Notes: generated from the sequence alone by a model not told the origin. 64,000 nucleotides of DNA from Syntrophales bacterium (GCA_034678725.1 JAXDBM010000045.1:6321-70320); one strand, 5' to 3'; shown: positions 18,580 to 27,707, counted from the stretch's first letter. Program-made: numbers and translations.

Positions 18580-20019
18580 TCAGTGGAATGGACCCTCATC
18601 CGCTTCCGCGTCTCTTCCGGTCCGACCGGTTTGAGGCGTTCCGGGTTTTCCGGGAATCAGGTGCTCCCACAGAGGCCCGCTGTGCCCGTGGGCATGAAGC
18701 CGGGAGACCACCCTGCCGGATTCCTCATTGCCGCCGCACGGAATCCAGTGGGGACGGCCTGCGGCGCACCGGGCGACACTTTCCATTGCGGTTTTCAGGT
18801 TCAGCGCGGGCGAACTGTAGAAGACCGGTTCGAGCAGGTTCCGGTTTCTCGCAATCTGCCCTTCCTGAATGGCGATCGCATGGATCGGGGTGTGGGGGTA
18901 GATCCGCATGCCGCAGAAGGGGATCAGCACCGCCTTTTCCAGAGTTTCGGCATTCTCCAGCGTCTTCTTCAGCGTCTTTTCGTCTTCCCCCGGACCCCCG
19001 AGAAGAAGGTAATGGGCAATGTGGAGGCCCGCATCGGCAGCCTGTTCATGGGCATGAAAGACGTCTTCGGTGCGAAAAGGTTTTCCGTAAGCGGACAAGA
19101 CGGAATCGCACAGGGATTCCGTGCCGAACTCGACGTGCGTCAGGCCGGCCTCTGCCATGATGTCGTAATAATTCGCCTTCGCCTTGAACGGGGCAAAAAA
19201 AGCGCCCCAGGGCACGGAGAGATGCGCCCGGATAAATGCTTTTGCCACCTCGAGGCTGTGACCGGTGTGGCAATTGAAGGTGGAGTCGGTGATGAACAGG
19301 TACTTTGCCCCCGCCTGCTGAAGCGTCAGGGCATCCTGTGCGACCTCGTCGGGATCGCTGAACCGGAGCGTGCCACCGTCGATGTGGGGGTACGTGCAGT
19401 AGATGCAGCGGTAGGGACAGCCCCTTTTGGTCTGAAGGTTGAAGATGCCCCCCCGCCTGAGATAGTACCGGACATGGGGGCTGTTCACGTCAAAGTGTCT
19501 TCGGAACGACCGGTTTGTGGCGCCGGGCAGGCGCGCACAGGGACTTCCACCGATCCAGACACCCGGAATGCTTGAGGCATCCCCGCACGCCGCAAGGGCG
19601 TCGAGTAAAAGCGTAAGTTGTTCGCCGTCGCCGGCGATCCCGTAATCGGCGTCCAGCGCCTCCATCAGTTCCGACGGGAAAATCGTGAATCCGCTGCCTC
19701 CCAGGATGATCTTTGCCCCTGTCGTTTGGCGGATTGCCGCGGCAACCCGTCGGTAGTCGCTGCTGTAACTCTTTGTGGCAAAGGCGTCCAGATTGTCGAT
19801 GTTGCGCAGGGACAGGCCGATCACATCCGGATCGTAAGCGCGGATCGCATCTTTCATCCCTTCCAGGCCTGTTTTTTCATTCAGGTCGGCAATCTGAACC
19901 TCGTGGCGCGGCGAAATTGCGCCCGCCACATAATCCAGCCCGATCGGATAGACTGGCGAAGGCGTGATCGACAGGTTCGGAGATATGAGGAGGATCTTCA
20001 CGGGGATTACATCTCGCAT
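18580..20019 (-). CDS. B12-binding-domain radical SAM protein
   Basis: N-terminal B12-binding fold (ILLISPN...DVIGLSL) and radical-SAM cluster motif RGCPYRCIYCTY. ATG at 20019 was chosen over the extended track start. Confidence 0.75.
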   Translation of the reverse strand: MRDVIPVKILLISPNLSITPSPVYPIGLDYVAGAISPRHEVQIADLNEKTGLEGMKDAIRAYDPDVIGLSLRNIDNLDAFATKSYSSDYRRVAAAIRQTTGAKIILGGSGFTIFPSELMEALDADYGIAGDGEQLTLLLDALAACGDASSIPGVWIGGSPCARLPGATNRSFRRHFDVNSPHVRYYLRRGGIFNLQTKRGCPYRCIYCTYPHIDGGTLRFSDPDEVAQDALTLQQAGAKYLFITDSTFNCHTGHSLEVAKAFIRAHLSVPWGAFFAPFKAKANYYDIMAEAGLTHVEFGTESLCDSVLSAYGKPFRTEDVFHAHEQAADAGLHIAHYLLLGGPGEDEKTLKKTLENAETLEKAVLIPFCGMRIYPHTPIHAIAIQEGQIARNRNLLEPVFYSSPALNLKTAMESVARCAAGRPHWIPCGGNEESGRVVSRLHAHGHSGPLWEHLIPGKPGTPQTGRTGRDAEADEGPFH

Positions 20020-20153
20020 CGGCAAGCCGGCAGCCCGGTCGGTTCGAAGCCGGCGGTGAGAATAAATTGAAAAGGCCCCTGCGAAACATACCGCCGCACG
20101 GACCTTGTCTGTTTTTCCGCAATGCCCTGTTCCGGTGCGTCGTCCCCCGGGCG

Positions 20154-20645
20154 TCAATCGAATGGAACGAACTGATCCTTTTTGGCGTCGCAGACGGGGC
20201 ACACATCGGGCAGGATTCCGTCCGCCACGTAACCGCAGACCTTGCAGACATAGTACGTGGTCTGGCGATCTTCCATGAAGTGGTTCATGGCTTCCTTGTA
20301 GAGTTTCGCATGGATTTCTTCCACGTCATGGCTCTGGCTGAAGTGCAGGACCGCCGCTTTGTTGCCTTCCGCCTCCGCCTGCCGGACAAAGTCCCGGTAG
20401 GACACGTCCGCCACGCGGGTTTCCGATTCGAAGCTGGCGGCGAGATTTTCCTGCGTGGTTTTGACCTCCCGAAGCAGCTTCAGGGCGCGCGTGCCGTGAA
20501 TTTCTTCGGAGAAAGCGATGACCCGGAAAAGCTTGGCCATCTGGGCATATCCCTCCTGGTCGGCTTTCTCGGCATATACCTTGAGGCGAAGCGCCGCTTT
20601 GGCTTCTCCGGTGTAGGCTGCGTGAAGCGCTGATTTTGTGTCCAT
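20154..20645 (-). CDS. rbr: Rubrerythrin
   Basis: N-terminal diiron four-helix domain (AYTGEAKAALRLKVYA...EEIHG...EEIHAKLY) and a C-terminal rubredoxin-like CKVCGY...CPVCD. Confidence 0.9.
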   Translation of the reverse strand: MDTKSALHAAYTGEAKAALRLKVYAEKADQEGYAQMAKLFRVIAFSEEIHGTRALKLLREVKTTQENLAASFESETRVADVSYRDFVRQAEAEGNKAAVLHFSQSHDVEEIHAKLYKEAMNHFMEDRQTTYYVCKVCGYVADGILPDVCPVCDAKKDQFVPFD

Positions 20646-20679
20646 GTGCCGGGATCTCCTTTTCGGTGAATCGGCCCCG

Positions 20680-20838
20680 CTACTCGGGCGAAAACATGTC
20701 CTTGCCCGAAGCGCAGATCGGGCAGGCCCAGTCTTCCGGAAGGTCTTCAAAGGGCGTTCCCTTGGGTGTGTCGCTTTCCGGATCTCCCTGGGTGGGGTCG
20801 TAAATGTAACCGCAGACGTCACAGACGAACTTTTGCAT
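20680..20838 (-). CDS. rub: Rubredoxin (52 aa, absent from the ORF track because it is under 60 aa)
   Basis: My own translation of the minus strand gives [52 protein letters not shown]. It has the CxxCG...CPxC motifs and a GGGAGA RBS. Confidence 0.9.
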   Translation of the reverse strand: MQKFVCDVCGYIYDPTQGDPESDTPKGTPFEDLPEDWACPICASGKDMFSPE

Positions 20839-20865
20839 AACCTGTCTCCCTTCCTCGTATTTTTC

Positions 20866-22074
20866 TTATGGTGTGACTTTCTGGCAGATCTTTTCAGCGA
20901 TGATCCGGCCGAGATCGCAGCATTGAGCCAGCACGGACGGGTCGGGAACATGGCGGGTCTGAAGGGGATCCGCCAGGAGATCGACTTTGAAGTCCGCCAG
21001 CATTTCCTGAATCTGGCGGGGAGCCTCGCCGCTCCAGCCGTAGGAGCCGAAGGCCGCGCCCATCAGGTTTCCGGGTTTGAGGCCCTTCAGATAGGTCAGG
21101 ATGTCGGCCATGCCGGGCAGCATGTTGTTGTTCAGCGTGGACGATCCGACGACGAGCGCGGCGGCGTCCAGGAGTTCGTAGACCACGTCGCTTCGATGAC
21201 AGACATCCATGGACATCAGCTTTACGTCGATGCCGCCGGTCAGAAGACCCTCGGTGATGGCCTGTGCCATTTTTTCCGTGCTGTGCCACATGGTGCCGTA
21301 GACGACCACCGCCTTTCGGGAGGGCTTGTGCGCGGCCCAGTCGGCATAGCGGCTGAGGATGCCCGGAATATCCTTGCGCCAGACCGGGCCGTGGTCCGGT
21401 GCGATAATCCTGAGCTTCAGGCCGGCGGCAGCGACCCGCGCCAGGAGCTTCGTGACCAGCGCCGCATAGGGCGTGAGGATGTTCGCGAAATAGGTGGCCG
21501 CCTCGTAGCGGAGGATGGCCGGGTCCAGCTCGTCGTCGAACCGCTGCGAAGAGGCCAGGTGCATGCCGAAGGCGTCCTGTGCGAACAGAAGCTGCTCTTC
21601 GACAAGGTAGCTGAACATGCTGTCCGGCCAGTGGAGCATTCGGGTCTCCAGGAACGACAGGGTCATACTGCCCAGGCTCAGGCTGTCGCCGTCCTTGAGC
21701 GGCGTCACCGCCGGGCCGGGATGGTGGATCTCTTTGAGGGTCTTGGCGCCCATGACCGAGGAGAAGACCTTTTCCGGTTTCACCTGGTCGATCACCTCGA
21801 TCAGGCACCCCGAGTGGTCCATTTCCGAGTGGTTGGAGACGATGTACTGGATGTCGGCCGGATTGATGACCGATGCGATGCGCGCCATCATCTCCTCCCG
21901 GAACGGCGCCTTGACGGTGTCCATCAGTGTGATCTTGTCCGCCAGGACGAGATAGGCGTTGTACGTGCTTCCCCGTTTGGTCATGTAGCCGTGGAAATCA
22001 CGGACGTTCCAGTCAATCGCGCCCACCCAGTGCACGTGATCGCTGATTTGGATGGCTTTGAAGGGACTGCTCAT
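20866..22074 (-). CDS. fprA: Flavodiiron protein (FprA / rubredoxin:oxygen oxidoreductase type)
   Basis: Metallo-beta-lactamase-like domain with the diiron motif HSEMDHSG, and a C-terminal flavodoxin domain (AVVVYGTMWHSTEKMA). Confidence 0.9.
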   Translation of the reverse strand: MSSPFKAIQISDHVHWVGAIDWNVRDFHGYMTKRGSTYNAYLVLADKITLMDTVKAPFREEMMARIASVINPADIQYIVSNHSEMDHSGCLIEVIDQVKPEKVFSSVMGAKTLKEIHHPGPAVTPLKDGDSLSLGSMTLSFLETRMLHWPDSMFSYLVEEQLLFAQDAFGMHLASSQRFDDELDPAILRYEAATYFANILTPYAALVTKLLARVAAAGLKLRIIAPDHGPVWRKDIPGILSRYADWAAHKPSRKAVVVYGTMWHSTEKMAQAITEGLLTGGIDVKLMSMDVCHRSDVVYELLDAAALVVGSSTLNNNMLPGMADILTYLKGLKPGNLMGAAFGSYGWSGEAPRQIQEMLADFKVDLLADPLQTRHVPDPSVLAQCCDLGRIIAEKICQKVTP

Positions 22075-22465
22075 ATGCGCAAACTCCTTGAATCGGTGAT
22101 GTCTCCGATGTGCGAATGAAATTTTCCATACCGTCTTTTCACAGGGATGTCAACATCCGCGGATTGGCCACCCTTTTCGGGTTGCCGCCGGCACTTCGCC
22201 GAGGAAGATTCCGGTGAAGACGGGATTGAAAGCCGGGACCGGTCCTTCTCGGAGGCATTGCTGATGCGCTGTCCCTATCGCCGCTTCGCCCGATCCCGCG
22301 ATGCACGAAAGAAAATGTTGGATCGTTTTTTAGTGCATCCACCGGCAAAAGCACGATTCCATATCCGCAATCCGGATTGACATCACGGGGTTCTTGTACT
22401 ATGAGTGCCGCCATAGAGATCGAGAGCTGCATTCCATCAATCAATGATATAAGGGAGGAATTGTC

Positions 22466-23716
22466 ATGAAAGATGTCGTTGTTGTCTCGGCCTGCCGCAC
22501 TGCCATCGGCGAGTTCGGCGGCACACTCAAAAACCTGAACACGCCGGTTCTGGGAAGCGTCGCCATGCGGGAGGCGGTGAAGCGTGCGGGAATCGACCCC
22601 GCCTCCATCGATGACGTCCGCTTCGGCTGCTGCATGGAACCCGTGGACGCTCTGAATGTGACCCGGGTCGCCGCGCTGATGGCCGGCATCCCCGATACCG
22701 TGACGGCGGTGACTGTCAACCGGGTCTGCATCTCCGGAATGGAGGCCGTCCTGTCGGGCATGGCCATGATTCGGGGCGGCATGGCGGACATCATTCTCGC
22801 CGGAGGCATGGAACACATGTCGGGCGCCCCTTACTCCGTGCCCGCCGCCCGGTGGGGATGCCGCTTCCAGGATCAGGTCTTCGTGGACAATCTCGTGCAT
22901 GGCCTTCATGCCGGATCCCACCTCCTGCCCGGACTCGAGCAGGGGCCGATCAAGGAGGGCCCGGTGGTGGACGCCTATCGCGGTAAACCCTATATCATGG
23001 GGATCACGGCGGAGCTCATCGCCTACAAGCACAACCTGAGCCGCGAGGAGATCGATGCCGTGGCCCTGCGCAGCCACAACAACGTGGAACGGGCCACGAA
23101 GGATGGTGATTTCAAGGAAGAGATCGTTCCCATCGAGCTGCCACAGAAAAAAGGAAAACCACCGCTGATTTTCGACAAGGACGAACATTTCCGGCCGGGA
23201 CTTACCCTGGAGGACTTGGCAAAACTGCCGCCCGCCTTCCTGCCCAAAATCGGCAAGGTGACGGCCGGAAATGCCTCGGGCATCAACGACGGCGCGAGCG
23301 CCATGGTCATCATGTCGGCGGAAAAGGCAAAGGAGCTGGGCCTGAAACCCATCGCCCGGATCAAGGCCGTGGGCCGGGGCGGCTGCCATCCCTCCGTCAT
23401 GGGGCTGAGCCCGGTCCCGGCGGTGCAGGACCTGCTCACCCGCAACCAGATGAATCTGAAGGACTTCGAACTGATCGAGGTCAACGAAGCTTTCGCCTCG
23501 CAGTATCTGGGCTGCGAGCGGGAGCTGGGGCTGAACCGGGAGATCACCAACGTCAACGGCTCCGGCTGCGGACTCGGGCACCCGGTGGGCTCCACCGGCT
23601 GCCGCATCATGGTGACATTGCTGCACGCCATGAAGAAGCGTGGAAAGACCCTCGGGTTGGCCACGCTGTGCGGCGGCGGCGGTGTGTCCATGGCCTGCGC
23701 CCTGGAAATGATGTAA
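22466..23716 (+). CDS. Acetyl-CoA C-acyltransferase (thiolase)
   Basis: VVVVSACRTAIG, active-site NRVCISGMEA, and C-terminal GLGHPVGSTG and LCGGGG. Confidence 0.9.
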   Translation: MKDVVVVSACRTAIGEFGGTLKNLNTPVLGSVAMREAVKRAGIDPASIDDVRFGCCMEPVDALNVTRVAALMAGIPDTVTAVTVNRVCISGMEAVLSGMAMIRGGMADIILAGGMEHMSGAPYSVPAARWGCRFQDQVFVDNLVHGLHAGSHLLPGLEQGPIKEGPVVDAYRGKPYIMGITAELIAYKHNLSREEIDAVALRSHNNVERATKDGDFKEEIVPIELPQKKGKPPLIFDKDEHFRPGLTLEDLAKLPPAFLPKIGKVTAGNASGINDGASAMVIMSAEKAKELGLKPIARIKAVGRGGCHPSVMGLSPVPAVQDLLTRNQMNLKDFELIEVNEAFASQYLGCERELGLNREITNVNGSGCGLGHPVGSTGCRIMVTLLHAMKKRGKTLGLATLCGGGGVSMACALEMM

Positions 23717-23790
23717 AGAACCGGAATCGGTTCATCGGGATCCGGATGGCGGGGGCGGTCCCATTGCGGCGCCCCCGCCCTGAATCGAAC

Positions 23791-24621
23791 ATGCCGAAAA
23801 AACGCACCATCTTTTTCATTTCCGACGGGACGGCCATTTCCGCGGAGACCCTGGGGCAGAGCCTTCTCACCCAGTTCAACCAGATTCAGTTCAATCAGGT
23901 GACCGTGCCCTTCGTCGACACGCTCGAAAAGGCGCGGTTCGCGGTCATGCAGATCAACAACGCGGAACAGCAGAGCGGAATGAGGCCCATCATCTTCAGC
24001 ACGCTGATCAGCGACGACATCCGGCAGATGATCGCGACGGGCAAGGGCGTGGTCTTTGACTTCTTCGACACCTACATGGGAAGGCTGGAGGAAGAACTCC
24101 GCACGGAGTCGTCGCATACGGTCGGCCGCTATCACGGCGTGGTGAACGACACGGTTTACAACTTCCGCATGGATGCCGTGAACTACGCCCTATACAACGA
24201 CGACGGCGTGACGACGAAGGAATACGACCAGGCGGACATCATCCTCGTCGGCGTGTCAAGGGCCGGCAAGACCCCGACCTGCATCTACCTCGGCCTCCAG
24301 TTCGGCATCTATGCCGCGAATTACCCGCTGACCGAAGAGGACCTGGTGAACAAAGGCGGGAACATGCCGCACGTGCTGATGCCCTTCCGCAGAAAACTGT
24401 TCGGGCTCACCATCAGCGCGGAGCGTCTCCACACGATCCGCGCCCGAAGGCGGCCGGAAAGCCGCTACTCCTCCCTGGAGCAATGCCAGATGGAGGTATC
24501 CCTGGCGGAATCCATGTTCCAGTACGGGGAAATTCCCTTCATCAACATCACCACGATGTCCGTCGAGGAGATCGCCGCGACGGTCCTGCATGAATGCAAT
24601 CTCCGGCGTCGGGTCGTGTGA
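23791..24621 (+). CDS. ppsR: PEP synthase / pyruvate phosphate dikinase regulatory protein (PpsR, DUF299)
   Basis: IFFISDGTAISAETLGQSLL and the P-loop GVSRAGKTPT. ATG at 23791. Confidence 0.85.
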   Translation: MPKKRTIFFISDGTAISAETLGQSLLTQFNQIQFNQVTVPFVDTLEKARFAVMQINNAEQQSGMRPIIFSTLISDDIRQMIATGKGVVFDFFDTYMGRLEEELRTESSHTVGRYHGVVNDTVYNFRMDAVNYALYNDDGVTTKEYDQADIILVGVSRAGKTPTCIYLGLQFGIYAANYPLTEEDLVNKGGNMPHVLMPFRRKLFGLTISAERLHTIRARRRPESRYSSLEQCQMEVSLAESMFQYGEIPFINITTMSVEEIAATVLHECNLRRRVV

Positions 24622-24624
24622 CCG

Positions 24625-24993
24625 ATGGGGAAGGATCGGGAAATGGATCGACGAGAGGAAAATCGCCCCTGGGGGTCCTATGCGGTTTTATCCGACCGCC
24701 CGGATCACAAGGTCAAAAGGGTGACCGTGCATCCGCGCCAGCGCCTGAGCCTTCAGAGGCACCGCCATCGCGCCGAGCACTGGTTTGTCGTGGCGGGTCA
24801 GGCGCTTGTGACGCTCAACGGTGTGGACCGGACGCTCGGCCCCGGCGGGTCGGTCGATATCGAAGCCGGGTTCTCGCACCGGATCATGAATCCGGGGTCC
24901 GACAACCTGGTTTTTGTGGAGGTGCAGACCGGCGAAGGGTTCTCCGAGGACGACATTGAGCGACTGGAGGATGACTACGGGCGGATCAAATGA
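24625..24993 (+). CDS. Stand-alone cupin (type II phosphomannose-isomerase C-terminal-domain-like)
   Basis: RPWGSY...VKRVTVHPRQRLSLQRHRHRAEHWFVV..G cupin motifs. Confidence 0.75.
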   Translation: MGKDREMDRREENRPWGSYAVLSDRPDHKVKRVTVHPRQRLSLQRHRHRAEHWFVVAGQALVTLNGVDRTLGPGGSVDIEAGFSHRIMNPGSDNLVFVEVQTGEGFSEDDIERLEDDYGRIK

Positions 24994-25384
24994 CGCCTGC
25001 CGTCCTCAGCCCCGACAGGAGCGTCAGCACCGCCAGAGCCAGCGTCGTTCTTCCGAGCCAGCGGTGCATGCTTCGCAATTGCTGAATTCTTGCCCGGATC
25101 TTGAACTGCATCTGACCGATGACCGGCGTCGCGACGACCATCGCGATCGTTGAAACCCCCAGCCAGGCGTGGGGGGGCTTCAGGTGCGCCTCTCCGGACT
25201 GCGCAACCATCGCGACGGCCGCCGCCAGTCCGCCCAGAAAGCAGAACGCTCCCGCGTATCCGGCGGCCCGGTGATGTTTCAGCCACCAGCGCTTCTGCCG
25301 GAAAAATTTCACGATCACGAAGCCGGCGGCGAGGAGCAGAAAACCCGTGGTCACGCCGCCGGCATGGATATAAAAGGCATTCAT
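24986..25384 (-). CDS. 4-TM His-rich membrane protein, cytochrome-b-like (DUF4405/MsrQ-like pattern)
   Basis: Four predicted TM helices, each preceded by His (IHAGG, KHHRAAG, PPHAWLG, MHRWLG). It lies 11 nt downstream of the SOR-like gene. Confidence 0.4.
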   Translation of the reverse strand: MNAFYIHAGGVTTGFLLLAAGFVIVKFFRQKRWWLKHHRAAGYAGAFCFLGGLAAAVAMVAQSGEAHLKPPHAWLGVSTIAMVVATPVIGQMQFKIRARIQQLRSMHRWLGRTTLALAVLTLLSGLRTAGVI

Positions 25385-25395
25385 CGCATCCGCTT

Positions 25396-25773
25396 CTATT
25401 TTGCCGCGGGCGCCGGACCGACCGTCAGCTTTTCCGTCTTCGAACCGAATTTGTTGCAGGACGCCTTCACCTCCAGCACATCCCCTGCGGCTGCCTCCAC
25501 CTTGTAGGATTGGGTGAACGTTTCCGAAGGCTGGCTCTTGTACTCCTGTGAAAGCAACGGCTTGCCGTTCTTCTTGACTTCCACTTTTTCAATGTAGTGA
25601 CCCGCCGAAAAATTCGTGTGGGTGATCGTCGCCTGCAGGGTTTTCCCGGCGGCGTCGTAACCCAGTTTGACTTCCTTCGGCCCGTGCGCGCCCGCTATGG
25701 CCGGGCAGAAAGCGACCAGCGCGACGGCGGCCAGAGCAACACACACCCAAATGTGTCTTTTCTTTGTCTTCAT
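25396..25773 (-). CDS. Exported superoxide-reductase-like (desulfoferrodoxin Fe-domain-like) protein
   Basis: Sec-type signal MKTKKRHIWVCVALAAVALVAFCPAIAGA. AHGP, THTN, GHYIEKVEV and SCNKFG line up with the SOR motifs KHVP, PHP, HHIRYIE and YCNxHG. AAGGAG RBS. Confidence 0.5.
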   Translation of the reverse strand: MKTKKRHIWVCVALAAVALVAFCPAIAGAHGPKEVKLGYDAAGKTLQATITHTNFSAGHYIEKVEVKKNGKPLLSQEYKSQPSETFTQSYKVEAAAGDVLEVKASCNKFGSKTEKLTVGPAPAAK

Positions 25774-25805
25774 CGATTTCTTTGCTCCTTTCCGTTTTGG
25801 TGGGT

Positions 25806-26645
25806 TTACAGCACAAACTCCATATCCTGGGGGACGGCGAAACATTTCAGCGGACTTCTCTTTTCCCGGATCGTCTTGCGGCAGTCCCGAACGAAGGCAT
25901 CCACCTCCGCATCGCTTCTTTCCTGATTGTGGTGGTAGAGCCCGAAGCTTCGGACTCCGGCTTCCAGCGCCAGCCTCAGGGCGTCCCGGTAGCTGGAATG
26001 GCCCCAGGCTTTTTTCGTCCGGTATTCCTTTTCATCGAACTCAGCGTCGTGGATCAGCAGATCCGCCCCGTCGGAAAAGCGGCGGTAATCGTCAAAGCGA
26101 AGACCGCCGTGATGCCGATGGGTCAACTCGTTGTCGGTCAGGAACACGAAAGATTTGCCGTCCTCCTGGAATTTATATCCCACGCCCTGATTGGGATGGC
26201 TCAGCGGGATCGGCGTGACGGTCATGGAATGGATCGTGACCGTGTCCCCGCAGGTTTCGTGATAGGCGATTCCCGCCTGGATGTCTTCGAAATTGACGGG
26301 GAAGTTGGGAGCGGCCATGATCAGGGAAATGATGTGCTTGACCGACGTCTGGGTGAAGGGGCATCCGAACATCGCGATCCGCGTTCTTTTCGAATAAATG
26401 GGCTTGAAGAAGGGAAAGCCCATGATGTGGTCCCAGTGGGCATGGGTGAAAAACATCGTGTAGGACCGCTTTTTTTCTTCGATCAGCCTGTCGCCCAGCC
26501 GCCGAATCCCGGAACCGGCATCCACGATAATGATGTCGTCGTGGCGGGTGCGGATTTCAATGCACGGGGTGTCCCCTCCGTACTTCAGGTACTGTCTTCC
26601 GGATACCGGTATGGAACCGCGCGCACCCCAGCATCGAATGATCAT
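25806..26645 (-). CDS. MBL-fold metallo-hydrolase
   Basis: THAHWDH metal motif and IIIVDAGSG. 279 aa. Confidence 0.8.
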   Translation of the reverse strand: MIIRCWGARGSIPVSGRQYLKYGGDTPCIEIRTRHDDIIIVDAGSGIRRLGDRLIEEKKRSYTMFFTHAHWDHIMGFPFFKPIYSKRTRIAMFGCPFTQTSVKHIISLIMAAPNFPVNFEDIQAGIAYHETCGDTVTIHSMTVTPIPLSHPNQGVGYKFQEDGKSFVFLTDNELTHRHHGGLRFDDYRRFSDGADLLIHDAEFDEKEYRTKKAWGHSSYRDALRLALEAGVRSFGLYHHNQERSDAEVDAFVRDCRKTIREKRSPLKCFAVPQDMEFVL

Positions 26646-26753
26646 CCTGTCCCCCGTCGAGAATGCGGCCGGAATATACCCGGCTTCCGCCTCCCATTCA
26701 AGAACATTTATCCCACCGGCAGGCCGGCTCTGCCGGGTGCATTCGACAGAGAC

Positions 26754-27401
26754 CTATCGGCCGGCAACCACGATCACGTTAAAGACGGAGGGCCAGGTCA
26801 GCGGAGATGAGACGGTTCCGGAACCGAGCTGCGCCGCAATGCGCTGCGCCTGGCTCTTGTAGCCGGCGGCATAATACACCGTGTGCACACGATAGTTCGT
26901 GCGGGAGGCCAGGCCGGTGTCCTCAACCCGGTAGCCGAGCGCCTTCAGTTTTTTGGACATCGCCTGGGCGGAGGATATTTTGCCGTTCCCGCTCAGAACC
27001 TTCAGCCGGAGCGCCTTTGCCCCGGCGCCCATTTCGGCAACAGCCGTCCGCGCCGCGGCCTTTTCCTCAACGGCGGTCGTTTTGTCCTTCAGCGCGCTCA
27101 CCTGGTCCTTCAGGACCGCCTCGCCCCCCTCCGCTTTCGGAATCGCTTTCTGCATCACGATCGGGGCCTGTTGACCTTCCGTTTTCAGCGTCTCGATCTC
27201 CCTGCTCATGGTCGAGAGCTGTTTGTTCAGCCTGTCGATTTGTCCATCTTTCTCCTGAAGGGAGCGCTTGTACGCTTCGTTGTCGTCCTTGAGTTTCTGA
27301 ATGTCCCGGTCCAGGCTTCCATTCCAGTTCCGCATTGCCGCACAGCCGGAAAGAGCCATGCATAAAATAACAACAAGCGCCGCCAATACCCTTTGATTCA
27401 T
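26754..27401 (-). CDS. Lipoprotein with a coiled-coil and a LytR_C (LytR/CpsA/Psr C-terminal) domain
   Basis: Lipobox LSGCAA, a heptad-rich middle, and C-terminal LRLKVLSGNGKISSAQAMSKKLKALGY...YYAAGY. Confidence 0.65.
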   Translation of the reverse strand: MNQRVLAALVVILCMALSGCAAMRNWNGSLDRDIQKLKDDNEAYKRSLQEKDGQIDRLNKQLSTMSREIETLKTEGQQAPIVMQKAIPKAEGGEAVLKDQVSALKDKTTAVEEKAAARTAVAEMGAGAKALRLKVLSGNGKISSAQAMSKKLKALGYRVEDTGLASRTNYRVHTVYYAAGYKSQAQRIAAQLGSGTVSSPLTWPSVFNVIVVAGR

Positions 27402-27501
27402 GCTGCCACCTCCCATCGATGTGTTGGAATGCTTCGATAATTATTAAATTATAGCACGGCACGACCAAAAGGGCAATGATCGGTATGCAAGACTGTCAAG
27501 A

Positions 27502-27547
27502 GCAAATAGAATTGTCCGCCTTTGTAGCAAATGAATTGTCCGCTTTT
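27502..27547. repeat. Tandem direct repeat GCAAAT(A)GAATTGTCCGC(C)TTT x2
   Basis: Copy 1 is at 27502-27523 and copy 2 at 27527-27547. They differ only by two 1-nt indels. The repeat sits in the divergent region between the LytR_C gene and copZ. Confidence 0.8.
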
Positions 27548-27707
27548 CTGCTCCGTGCGAGGAGCGACATTTTGGAACAGGAAGGGAGCAGCGGCTGTCT
27601 GCCGGGGATGCACAAATTTTCGCGGTGCGGATGACAACGGATGATCGAGTGAATATATTGGTTCAAAAGATGAGGATGAATGTAAAAATCAGCAAAGGGA
27701 GGGTGAA

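Noticed and set aside
20638-22119. 493-aa plus-strand ORF, and the similar 22139-23626 minus-strand ORF
   Set aside because: They lie antisense to the flavodiiron protein/rubredoxin genes and to the thiolase gene respectively. Neither has family motifs.
22147-22380. 77-aa ORF in the divergent fprA/thiolase intergenic region, and a 62-aa ORF at 27449-27637
   Set aside because: They have no RBS and odd composition, and they lie in regulatory spacers. They are probably non-coding.
27560-27600. TGGAAC..GGGAGCA upstream of copZ looked vaguely like a sigma54 -24/-12 element
   Set aside because: The GG-to-GC spacing is 14 nt rather than 12, and the -12 TTGC is missing.
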